Shown here: positions 36,503 through 48,670 of the stretch, one piece after another | Numbering within the stretch: position 1 is the stretch's first letter | How the letters are laid out: the number at the start of each line of letters is the position of its first letter | NCBI GenBank assembly: GCA_030265395.1 | Contig: JARFYF010000051.1 | Coordinates: 32,993,434 to 33,057,433 of the forward strand | Direction of reading: 5' to 3' | DNA: 64,000 bases | Source: Rhina ancylostomus | Taxonomy: Eukaryota | Notes under the pieces: model-generated | Database searches by the model: none | Told to the model about the DNA's origin: nothing | Seen by the model: only the letters and a program-made list of their open reading frames with translations | Program-made: the position numbers and the translations under genes

Positions 36503-37596
36503 CTTGTGCATCTGTGTGTGTATACTGTGTATAAATAAATAAATGGATGAATATGTATGTATATATATAAATATATCAATGCAGATTATAAGGGTAAATA
36601 TAAGATAGAATTATACAGCTTGGAAGCAGGCCCTTCGGCCCAACTGGTCCATGCTGACCAAATAATTTCGTGTTGGTATGTTTCCAGTCCAAATTCCTTT
36701 GGGGGGCCAGGAGCAAATGTTGCTGGAATTCATGCTTGTTTAGTTAGAAGAATAGAAATATTTTGGATTCATGATGGTCCTGGCGAGGTTGGTTGAAAAG
36801 GCTGAGTCATTTGGCAACCAGGCAATATTGTCTCTCCTTTACGTTATCTCCATATTGTGTAATGATCAAGTACCCTGGAACATTTAGCTCCTAATCTCTC
36901 CATCTTGCAGTTAGTTTTCCATAATCATAATAACTTATAAGTTAAACTTATGTTTCTTCTTTTTTTTTGAGCTGTATTAAGAACTCAGCAACTGAGCTGG
37001 TGGTCTTGTGTGACAGCAAGTTGTTAAACCTACCACTTTCTAATTAGGAAAATAAGAGTCCTGTTGCTTATTTAACCAATCCATATAGAGAATTACATGC
37101 TACATCAGGGATATTACATCAGAGCCACATGCATGTGTTTTAAAAAGTCAGTATTTTTAATAAATTCACATTGCTGTGGAAGGATTGATTGGAACTACAG
37201 AACAGGAGTTTTGTGTTACTGTGGTCTTCTGCTCACTTGCACGTGGTAAGCCAAAAAGGAACTTCCAGGTATTCCTGAATCAGCTCATTTTTTTCTGCTC
37301 CCCATGGAAGCTGAGTGACTAGAACAGGAGTTCTTTGATGTTCCATTTTTAGATAGGTTGGATTTGCTTGGCAAGTATTGATGGACAAGTATTGTTGGAT
37401 TTTCAGGCCCTGTTAATTGTGATTCATGCTTGATACCAATAGTATATAAACCCATGTTTTCAATGTTTTATATCCATTGGTCGTATGACATCTTAANNNN
37501 NNNNNNNTCTAAACTGCAGATCATGTTTGGTTTTTAACTATTTATACTTTATCTCTGGCACAGAACACATTCGATTTCTCTTTTTTTCTTCAGCAG

Positions 37597-37625
37597 GGAT
37601 GGCACATTATGAAAATGAACCTTAA
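37597..37625 (+). CDS. CALD1: Caldesmon terminal coding exon (G-MAHYENEP*); an alternative acceptor at 37594 adds one Ala
   Basis: Long pyrimidine tract followed by cagcag. Phase 1 gives GMAHYENEP*, comparable to chicken GLRQFEKEP*. TAA at 37623-37625. Confidence 0.8.
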
Positions 37626-39010
37626 AGAAATCTTCACAGAATACTGACCCACATGGTTCCAAGACACCTGGCTGAGCTTTTTATATTTATGTAGTATTTT
37701 ATTAACAAATGGTTTCACATTGTCCCAGCCAAAGCCAGGTGTATTATCACCACATTACAAATTTGTATCTGCAATTGATGTTCATAGGTATATTGCCTTT
37801 GTACAGATCAAAGTTACCATTATTGCAAAAAAGAAATGTGCTGTGAAATTTGAACATTTAGAAAATTAATTATATATACTTTAAAACAAAATTAGTTATA
37901 GCAAAAAGAACATTTTGATCATGAATTCATCGATGAGCTAAATGTTAAAAGCAATACGATTTATTATCGGACTTTCTCCTCTGCCTCTAGAGTGCTCTGC
38001 CTAATATGTCATAATTTTTGCATTTTTGTTAAATATATTTTAATAGGTTTAAAATTGATTTGTAATAGTGGTACTGATTATGGATTGGTTCATTTTGCTC
38101 TGAATGGAGCAACATAGANNNNNNNNNNNTCATTACAGATAACAATCACAACTTCTAGCTTTGTAGTGTAACAAAAATAGAATGCTTTTAACTAGCTTAA
38201 AATGCTAGATCATGTATTCAGCAATAAACCAAATAGCAGCCTACATCACAGTGTATTTGAAATGTTCACATTTTCTGCTGAAATTTAGTTCCATCATCAG
38301 GCCTTAGATGTTCTAAGTGAATTCTGAAACAAACAGAAGATATAGAATCTGCCTCAAAACTATAAAAAAAAGTATCATTATATTTTAAGGTATGAGTGTG
38401 TGTGCATGTGTGAGTGTTTGTTTGCATTGATGTGTGTGTCTGCAAGGAAATAGGACAATAGACCTGGTATTAAGAGATAAAGAAGGGGTTATGAGTTCTC
38501 GAAACACTGAACTTCCACTATGCATGTCACAGGAGTTGTACCACATACATTTTGATACATTACACTTTTATTTATATCTTAATCTGCATATGTGACAAAT
38601 ACAGAAGAGTGTAAACGTCTTGGTTTGGAAATAGGTTGGAATTTTTAATATGTTAAACTGGAACAGTTTAATGTTGAGACTGAATGAGAAAAGAGACTTA
38701 TATCACTCCTGTATTTAGTCATCTCTGCATAAAGTCAAGTAAAGGTGAAAAGTCAAACCAAAGATGTGCTACAACTGCTACGCTATGAACCATTTTGTAT
38801 TTTTTTTGGTTTACATATAACATGAAATGCAAATGCACTCAATTATTGTATAGGTCTGAAAATAAAACTATGCAACTTTTATCTTAAATCATCCGCTTTT
38901 TGCCATTTTGTGAACACCACAACTAGTTACGGCGTATTAGGCAACTGCATTTTTCATTAAAAATGTTTAAAAACAATGTATTATGAAAATGGCAATTCAC
39001 AATAAATAGA
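37626..39010 (+). other. CALD1: Probable CALD1 3' UTR with several AATAAA poly(A) signals (38223, 38861, 39001)
   Basis: Repeat-poor, AU-rich sequence directly after the stop codon, containing AATAAA hexamers. The true 3' end cannot be fixed from sequence alone. Confidence 0.6.
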
Positions 39011-41590
39011 TTATTTCTAGAAGCTGACTCCGAATGTTTATTAGCTAGAGAACTAATCTAAATTTACTCTAACATGTATTGTGCTTTACCGGATTCAATG
39101 TTGTTAAGGATTTGACCATCATACAAGAATAGATGGAAAAAACAAATGTTTTTCCACAGTTGTATCTTGAAGCAGAGGGTTGCTTTTTTTTTAAATGGTC
39201 TGAAAGTATTGCCCAGCTTTGCTTTTATACAGACATTAAGACAACATTAGAGTTAATTACACCAACTAGAAAGGGTACCAAACAGTACCTGTTTGCCAGT
39301 TACTACCCAAGTTCCAATTAGTGTGCTCAGATTAGGATATCTTTTGCATAACATATTGGTATCCGATGGATGCAATGCATGTGAGGCTTCACTTAAAGGC
39401 AACTAGCCTGAGCGAGTCCAGGTTCTGTGAATCTGGCATAACGTCCTGGTCATGAATCCCTCCACCATCCCCCATCATTAATCTCTTGTATGACCATTGC
39501 CACTGATCTCTGGCGTGATCTTCCCATATGCCCACCTCAACCCTGACACCTACCATCAATCTGCAGATGCTGGAAATCTGAAATAAAAATACAAAAACCG
39601 CTGAAAACATTCAGCAGGTCAGGCAGCGCCATCAGCTGGATGACCTATAATTGGAATCTGATTAATATTCCCAATCACAAACTTTCCAGGAATAGCAAGG
39701 GGAAAATAAAGAGGAATTGTGGGAGTATTCATAAAAGATGTTGGGCCAGATCTTGCATTGAGAATAACAGTGAGCACTTTTATTATGAGGTAAATCAGAA
39801 AAGAACATATGGAGTCTGTAGCTGTCCAACTAAATGCAGATTCCAGCAATGATGTCCTTTCTTTCAACGTTTCTAGCCTTGAAAAGTTAATTCTAAAAGT
39901 ATAGACCAAATCCTAATTTTAATTAGTCTAGGAGTTTTAAAAATAAATATATAGTTATTAACTTGTATGCTTCCTTTATTACTTTCTCCAATCCCATCTT
40001 TCTTTCCTAATCTTTGTTTTATTTCCCTGTACAATTTAAATCCAATTTATACTTCCTAGCACTTCAGTGAATTTTTTTTGTTCTAATTATTTGAAGGGAT
40101 TTGCTTCTGTATGTCCTTCTATCATGCAAGTCACAGGTACTCTGCAGAGGCAATCCACCCAAGGGCTCTTGTTTAAAAGCCTGTGTATGCTATGTGAGGA
40201 ATTGTCAGTGTAGTGGATGGTGAGCATCCTTCACAAGCTGCTGACAGCCACATCTGGGCCAGTGATACAGCTCCTGGTCATTGTGAGTACAAAGTAAAAA
40301 CCTATTTGGTTGAAATTCAGGGAAAATAGAGGAATTATTATCCTCCTGGGGACATCCTTTAGACCATAAAACAGGGAAAATGAAATGGAAGGCCTATTTT
40401 GTGGGTAAATTTCAGAAAGCAGCAATATTTATAGAACAGTTATTACAGGCGACTTCAATTATTTAAAATAAACAAGAGTAGTAATGTAAAGAGGGGGAAG
40501 CATTAATGAAATATGTATAAGCAATTCTTTTGATGTCACTATATTTTCACAAGAGATAATAGGCAAATAGAGTATATTTGTTGGGGGTACAAATGGTGAA
40601 AAATAATCACAATATCACAAGAAATAGATTAGGATAAGCAACACTATAAAATATGAAACAGAGAAATGGGCCTAATTCAGAGACTTGGAAGAGAATCTGA
40701 CCCTGATGGATTGACATTAAAAAAGGGCAGGTAAGCAAATAAACAAGGTGGAACCTTCGGAGAGTTTACACTTCAAGTACAGACAAAACATGTTCCTACG
40801 ATAGCAAAAGGAGCAACCAAGACCACAGCAGCAACTTTAGTTCGTTATGTTTTTAACTGCTGATTTCTGATATGTAGTTTGAAATGTTAGGTCCCAACAG
40901 AGAACAGTTGGAAATGGTCTCATCTATCTGATCCCAATGTTCCAAGGGTCAGATCTCCCAAAGGCTGTGTGTCCCAGATCAGCAAACACATTGAATTTTA
41001 AGGTGTCAGTTAAAGAACATATCTGGTCAACCAATGCCCTCTAATAGCTGATTATTCCACATTTAAACATACATTCCTAGCCTTAGCCATGATTGATAAA
41101 TGGTTACATCAGATAACAAGGTGAACAACCTTAATGTCCTATACAGAGACCATGGGCTGAATTGTTGCTTTTAGTGCTGTATGATTCAATCCAGTGAAGG
41201 ACTGACCGAACATTTAAAGAACTGAGTGAACATGAAATGCTCTGTTAAGCTTACATAAAGTTAAAAAAAGCATAAGAAGTCAAGAACATCAAGAAAATCA
41301 CTGAATTCTGAAACAAGACATCTAAATCCTTAAAAGGGTTTTCAAAGGACACGGTGTTTCTTGTCCTGTGGAATCAAGAGCAAGGGTGTAGTGCTGGAAA
41401 CACACAGCAGCATCTACGCAAAGATATTCGTCATCAGAACTGGGAATTAACCTACCAACCTGTATCTTTGTGACATAGGAGGAAAATTGAGTTCCCAGAG
41501 GAAACCCTCACAAGTCACAGGTTATTTCTTATTTTTTATTTTTCTTTATTTTATTATTTTTTATTTTAAGTTATTTCTTACTTTTGTAAC

Positions 41591-41985
41591 GGGCAGCACG
41601 GTAGCGTAGTGGCTAGCACGACACTATTACTGCACCAGTGACCCGGGTTCAATTCCCACTGCTGCCTGTAAGGAGTTTGTACATTCTCCCGTGTATGCGT
41701 GGGTTTCCTCTGGGTNNNNNNNNNNNNNNNNNNNNNNNNNNNNNNNNNNNNNNNNNNNNNNNNNNNNNNNNNNNNNNNNNNNNNNNNNNNNNNNNNNNNN
41801 NNNNNNNNNNNNNNNATTCCCGTCGCTGTCTATAAGGAGTTTGTACATTCTCCCGTGTATGCGTGGGTTTCCTCTGGGTGCTCCAGTTTCCTAAGACGTA
41901 CGGGTAGGTTAATTTGGGGTTTAAAAATAGACAGCGCAGACTTGTTGGGTGAGAAGGGCCTGTTACCGCACTGTAAATAAAATTT
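41591..41985 (+). mobile_element. Young V-SINE nested in an older opposite-strand V-SINE (41445-41522 and 41986-42082)
   Basis: Intact tRNA head gggcagcacggtagcgtagtgg...gggttcaattccc with CpGs retained. The flanks join to form a minus-strand V-SINE. Confidence 0.8.
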
Positions 41986-44900
41986 AGAATGTGCAAACTC
42001 CACGTGTATGCCACATGTGGTCAGGGTCAAACCTGGGTTGCTAGAGCCATGAGGCAGCTACTCTACTCGCTGCATCACTGTGTTGTATTTAATGAGTGGC
42101 ATTATGAGTGAGAGGGAGAATTTGACTACTCTCATCTTTCTCTCCTATTATTCTGACCAGCTGAGCAAAGGATGTGGAGAATGGAGTGGTGGCTTTGAAG
42201 TTCAAGTGCACCCAGATGAATGTGTTGGTTTGACAATGCCATGGGACATCCACTGTTGGTTGGCGATTTAAAATGTCTCACCAAGGAGTTGAGCCTTAGG
42301 CAGGATTTTGACAGGATGGGAGGGGGGCTGGTGGTCAGGATAGATGTAGGCTCAATCAGGGCTTGTGCTATGGTCAGGGTGAATGTGGGGTGGTGCAGTG
42401 GAAAAATAATCAAACCAGGAAAGGAACTGGGGATTGAGCCAATGATTGGCCAAGGAGGAGGCACTAGGAAAAAGGGAGAGGATGAAATTTTCTGGAGGTA
42501 GGGTTGAAGGTCTCCATTGCTGGGCTTGGCAGATTGTGGGGCTAAACATTCAGGAGATCAGATCAGGGGAACAGAACCTGGACTTCAGATGGTTGACAGT
42601 GACATTAGGGGTGATGAGGCCCGTGGCAATGCAGGGAGTGTGTGGAACAGGTAAAAGCAGTGTAAAGATAAAGAATCCCCTGATGGGGATCCCAATCCAG
42701 CATTGCGAAGACCTAGCTGTCCCAAGAGTTGCTCCAGAGCCAATATGGTCCCTATTCCACTACAATGATTCCAACGGAGAATTGCTTGGCAATTGACATC
42801 ATTTTGTGTACCTTCAATGCAGAAATTACATCAGGGTGCAGGTAAATCAAGCCTGGAAGTGCCCAGCTAAATTTGCAGAGTGACACAAAATGATCTGGAA
42901 ATGGTCATTATTGTGGCTCACTCTGAAAAGTAAATAAATTTTCAGTCACAAAATGCTGAAGGAAACAGAGTAATGTGATTGAATTTCTAGGCATGTCTTT
43001 TATAAAAATATGAGATGTGAAATTACCCTTGGCATTTCCAACAAGATCAATTTTTAAAGTAATTTTATAAGCAGTGCATTATTGTATTGATTCTTCTTCT
43101 GTAGAAATGCATAAATCTCTAATTCTTCTAAATCGGACTGCCAGTCACTTACCAAGTCCTACTGGACACTGTTCTTTGGCTTCTGTTCCAAATCCAAGCT
43201 CCAGTCCCCCAGGTGTTTGGAATAAACAGTTAACAAAAAGATCAACAACAGCTGTGACCTTCATAAATGGAGCTGAGCCAGTCACGCTAAACATCCGTAT
43301 ACATTTGTCACACTTCATTAATAGGCTCCCTGAAAAATCTCAGTGATTTTGCATGCCGCTCTTTTATTGTTCACAGGATGTCATAGAACTATCTTCTTCC
43401 TAGGTTGGCAAACTTTTCAGTCCACTGCCATCAGTGCTAAGCTTAGTTTATTGTCGATATGTGTGCAACCCTATTAAGTAATCAGCAAAAGAAACCATGC
43501 TCCATTAATATGAACTTACCCACCAATCAACAGTCTTTATTATTATTTCCCCTACAGATTCGATAACATATTTCCAACATTGTAAATGAAACGCTGAAGG
43601 TTGTTAACAAATGTTTATCAGCAAATTGTACAGCTTTTTCTGGGATGAACCTATTAAGAAAATGATTCACTTTTGAAAGATCATTCTTATAGTCTTGGTG
43701 AGGATAATCTGGAGATGGATCTTGGAAGGATTCTGCAAAAGTTGTTCTTCAGTCAGTTGACAGTATTGTCAGTACTTTGAGGTCCAACTGACACTCAGCC
43801 AGCTCCAATGGATAGGTCACATTGTTCACATACCCAACTCCAGAGTCCAGAAACAGACACTCTATTCTTAGCTCTGTCATGGTAAAATATCACCAGGTGG
43901 ACAGAGGAAAAGATTATAGATGGTCTCAAAGGATCCTACAAAAATTGTAACAAGCCCACTAACTCCCCAACCCATGACCATTCAAAGAGAGGAAGGAGCG
44001 TTTGGGATGACATTGAAAAACTCAAGTCCATTCATCTGGAGTCAGAGTGAGCAGCGAGGGGTATGCACCACTACCAAGTTAGTCACCCCATCAAGCATCT
44101 CCTGCCCCTGTGCCAGAGTCCATGATCCTGCACTGGCCTCACCGGTTGCATCAGGACCCACAGAGCTAGCATACAGGTCATCCTTCATCCTGAGGGACTC
44201 CCTGAGAAGAAGCACTCATTAAATAATTTATTGACTTACATTTATATAGTCACACTAATGCCACAGCCTCTTCAGTAACATTTTAAACCCAATTAATTAA
44301 ACCCTGAAAATGTTGCTTCCGGTGCATATGTTCTGGTGATTATGGGTTTACTACAAAGAAAGCAACAGCACCTGTAGCTGTGATATAGGATATCTACTGA
44401 AGCAACAACATTACAGCGAAGCCTCACTGATAATGGAACATTCAAGCCTTCAAGTTATTGTATTTGCAGCACTATTTACCAATCAAGTGATAAAACACTG
44501 TTAACTTGACCCTTTCTCTTCCAAGAACTGTTTTTAGCATCTTTTTATACAATAAAAATTTACTCTTTCTACTTTATCTCCCACAGTGAATATGTTGGAT
44601 ATATAATACTGTATATACATATTTCTCTTTTTTCAATGGAGAGTTTTTAATGATTTGCGTTGTTTAATTAGTTACTCCATGCTTACTTTTGTAGGTTTGT
44701 AAATGCTCAGAAATTCAACCCAATCAGTAACAGTTAATACAATAGATTGTGGCATAAGTGGCTTATATTCTGAATCTAAAACTCCGTTCTTCTGAATTCA
44801 CAGGAAAGAATTTCAGAGACATGGTAAAATGTCATGCTACCATAAGCCATGATTAGTGCTACAAGCCAGGAATGAATTTCTGAGTAGTAGATCTTGGTGT

Positions 44901-46129
44901 TATTGATGAATTGCTGAGAGACCAGGAGCTGAATCGCTGTTCATTGCCTGAGGTCTGTTCTAACTAATGGAGCTCCATTGTCTGAGGGCAGCACCAAAGC
45001 GGCTCCATGAACATGTCACTTTGGCCCCATCACCAAAACCATTCTCCCTCAGTGGCACAGAACTCCCCATTTGTTACGAACCAGCAACAACAGAAACACA
45101 CCGAGACATGTAGAAGTGTTAAAATCTACTTTATTAATAACTACTTATGATAATAAGTAAAATAAAAGNNNNNNNNNNNNNNNNNNNNNNNNNNNNNNNN
45201 NNCCTGACTCCAGTCTTGTATCAGTGTGCTGCATTTGGGTTCTCTGTGAGTTTGCTCTGGATCAACATTGTGACAATTGCATCTTTTGGTTGTTATTATT
45301 AACAGAGTGGGTTATGAATATACACTGACTACTGTTTTACAGGAGCATGCAAATCTTGAAACCTTGAAAAACAGCATTAAGAAATTAGTTGACTAAAGAG
45401 ATTGACTGCATTTGAGGAACCTTATGAATTACTGTTCACCATTTAAATGTTCTTTTGCACCAGGTCTCAATCATGTTCAGACAAAAGTTTCTCTCAAATG
45501 TTTCAGCCAGATAAGGGCACAAAAATAAGTTCAAGAGACAAAAGCTTAGAATACATTGCTAGATATGGGACTTCCTGGAAAACATCCTTGTGCAGAAATT
45601 CAATAGCATAGCACTATTTGTGAACAAAAATAAATTGAAGATGTCCTTATAACATCTACTGAAGCATTTAAGACTAAAATGAGGTTCAATTTGGTCCTTT
45701 AACATAAAGGAATTACCTAAGGAAAAATATTTAGTTCCATCAGGAATCAGTGACCTTCAGCTCAAATTGTATGAGGAGGAAGAAGAACTGCATTACACTT
45801 TGGGGGAAAATGACTTTCCAATGACATTGTTACTGTAAAAAAAAATAACTCTATGCTACTAAATTTCTGCTCAAGGATGTTTACATGAGGTTTGGTTGTT
45901 CTGGGGACCAGTGAAACTATTTGAAGGTGAGGACACCACAAGGTTTTGGTGTACCTCAATCTTTTTGATTTCTGACACCAAGAATCTTGAAAAATTAAAA
46001 CAAGACTTTCCCAACATTATTCTTGGCAAACATGGACAATTACATCACCAGCACCTCAGCCAGTTTGAGGGCAGCATGTGGTGGGATCAAGGCTGCAGTG
46101 TGTGATTTCTCTGATGCAATTCACATTGG

Positions 46130-47820
46130 CAGAACTGCCCATACTACTGAGGGTTTGCCATTAAATGGAGGTGCAAGGAGAAGATTGAGGAGGACAATGG
46201 CTTTTTCAGCATTCATGGAAAGACGATGCCACAGTAACATCTCTCATGGGGCAACCCGAAAAGGATGGAGGAGACTACCAAAATCATCTGGCAGAATGCC
46301 TCTCCACTGGTGGTGAGAAGAACTCTGCCACATGCACAGTCAGAGTCTGTGACACTGCCAGTTTGCCTGGGGGTGGCGGGTGAGATAGCCACCTACTCCT
46401 TGTAGACTGTGTTTGCCAGGGTGGTCCAGAGAGCGAAGCAGTGGTCTTTGTTGTAGTTCACCTCAAGCAATTTGTTAACACAGGACTCTTCTCCACAGAC
46501 TGCTCCCAGGGATGCATTCTGACAAACATCAGCTGCTCTCCTCTAATGGTTCCCATTATCACCCTCGTTACTTATCAGATTCCAGCGCTTGGTAGCGTTT
46601 GTGTCCCTGCTTATCACTCTTAGCTGTCACCACCTTCAGTCTCCCCTCCTCCTAGCTGGTTCCATCTGCCATTTTTTTTTTATTTGCCCCCATCTATCCC
46701 AGCACATCATGGACAGCAGCCTCCCCTCTTTGGACTCTATATTTACCTACTGTGCCTTGGTGAAGCAGCTGACATAATCAAAGACTCCACCCACCCTGGT
46801 CATTCTCTCTTCCTTCAGGTGGAAGATATAGGAGCCTGAGGGCAGGTACCACCAGACTTTAGGACAGCTTCTGTCCCACTGTGATAAGACTATTGAATGG
46901 TTCCCTTATATGATGAGATGGACTATGACCTCATGATCTACCTTGTTGTGACCTTGCACCTTATTGCACTGCACTTNNNNNNNNNNNNNNNNNNNNNNNN
47001 NNNNNNNNNNNNNNNNNNNNNNNNNNNNNNNNNNNNNNNNNNNNNNNNNNNNNNNNNNNNNNNNNNNNNNNNNNNNNNNNNNNNNNNNNNNNNNNNNNNN
47101 NNNNNNNNNNNNNNNNNNNNNNNNNNNNNNNNNNNNNNNNNNNNNNNNNNNNNNNNNNNNNNNNNNNNNNNNNNNNNNNNNNNNNNNNNNNNNNNNNNNN
47201 NNNNNNNNNNNNNNNNNNNNNNNNNNNNNNNNNNNNNNNNNNNNNNNNNNNNNNNNNNNNNNNGTCCAGTAAATCACCTACCAGCCCCTGTTGCACCACT
47301 TCCCTTCTCCTCGTCATACCAGCTAGCTCCTATCTCTCCACTCTCAGTCCTGATGTAGGGTTTTGACCCAAACTGTCAACAATTCCTTTCCCCCCCCCAC
47401 AGATGCCGCTTGACCTGCTGAGTTCTTCCAGCGAATTGTTTGTTGCTCCAGATTTCAACATCAACTGCTGCTGAAGATCATCCATCAACTCAGTGAAAGA
47501 GACACTTTCGTCGGCCTGAAACGTTGTTCTCCCGGTGTAAGGAGATGCCCACAAGTGAATACTGTCAACTGGCACATTGCAAGGTGGGGGAATACATGCT
47601 AAGGAACACACTGAAGCTTAGTGCAGCTGCCCCTAGGTTCCTGTGGGGAAAGGCCACTCAAGGGTTCTGCCACCACTGGGCTTTGAGGGGGTGAGCCCTC
47701 TCAAATATCTCATTGCTGCAATGTTTGGGGACGAAACGTTAGTGACGTTGACACTTTGTAAGTGAATATATTGCATTGCTTGGTATGATAGTTTATGAAT
47801 AGATTTATGGAAAAAAAATT
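46130..47820 (+). mobile_element. Tx1/L1-like 3' fragment interrupted by Penelope (about 46500-46695 and 47264-47470) and Rex1 (about 46700-46976) pieces
   Basis: atctggcagaatgcctc...tggtggtgagaaga and ctgaagcttagtgcagctgcc...gtggggaaagg resemble the end of Tx1 ORF2. The Rex1 tail mirrors 33520-33800. Confidence 0.55.
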
Positions 47821-48369
47821 CTGGAATGAAGTACTGCACTTCTCACAACGCACAGACCCAAGGGATCGCCACAGGTGCAGACTTCACAAGGGGAATACTG
47901 AGCAATAAGGTGACGTGTGATGGGAGCCTGGTTTTGACCATGTTTGTAGCCAAAGCAATGGGGGTGTTAGTTGCTGTGGAGCCAGGGGATAGTGACTGAA
48001 ACAAAATGTGGGCTGTTCATCAGCAGTGACCCTGAGATCATGCCCAAGTCACATGCGTCCTGGATTTGTTCCCAAATGAACTGAAGATTCCGAGGCAGAT
48101 ATGGAGAGTTCCTGGGTTTGGCAGGCCAGAGGGATTAATTTTAGATTGCTTCAGCAAAGAGCAGTACAGTGACAGCGAGATGCATGCTCCATCATCTATA
48201 TTAAATAAAGAAAAAAATCCCCTGCACAATTGGTGCTAACAGCCAGTGGAATCTNNNNNNNNNNNNNNNNNNNNNNATCAAGTGCTAGTTGTCGGTACCC
48301 TTGACAGGCACCCATGCCCTGCCTCAACGAAACAAAGCAGCTGCTCAGCCTTGCAAAGGACATAATTAA

Positions 48370-48670
48370 TAAAGCCAATGCAAGGATCCGAGTCAGTCCC
48401 CAAACCTCCAACACCCACACCTCCCTTCCGCACCAATCCACACACATCCGCAGCCTCTGCCCTCCCTCCCTGCCTTTGCACTAGGCCGCCCCTTGGCCAA
48501 TGGGAAGGCGCGGCGCGGTCACGAGCCGCCCGGGAGGCGCGCGCGCTAAATGCGGCCGCGCGCCGGGGTGCGCGCACTGCTCCAGGCAGGGGCGTAGGTG
48601 CGAGCGGCGCTGCTTGCTCCTGGGCTCAGGTAAGAGAAGGTGAGCGGCGGCGGCGGCTATTTGCTGCATT
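48370..48670 (+). promoter_or_regulatory. CpG-island promoter with three CCAAT boxes (48375, 48433, 48497), a GC box (48484-48492) and a GC-rich first-exon region
   Basis: The only dense CpG cluster in the window (about 48485-48660), followed by the consensus donor CAG|gtaaga at 48630. Confidence 0.8.
48560..48629 (+). other. Non-coding first exon of the troponin T-like gene (start approximate)
   Basis: Ends at CAG|gtaaga, lies in the CpG island and has no ATG. Vertebrate TNNT genes have a non-coding exon 1. Confidence 0.6.

Noticed and set aside
41641-41880. Apparent tandem duplication across a gap (also 49341-49455 and 63664-63900)
   Set aside because: Near-identical sequence on both sides of an N run indicates unmerged contig overlaps, not biology.
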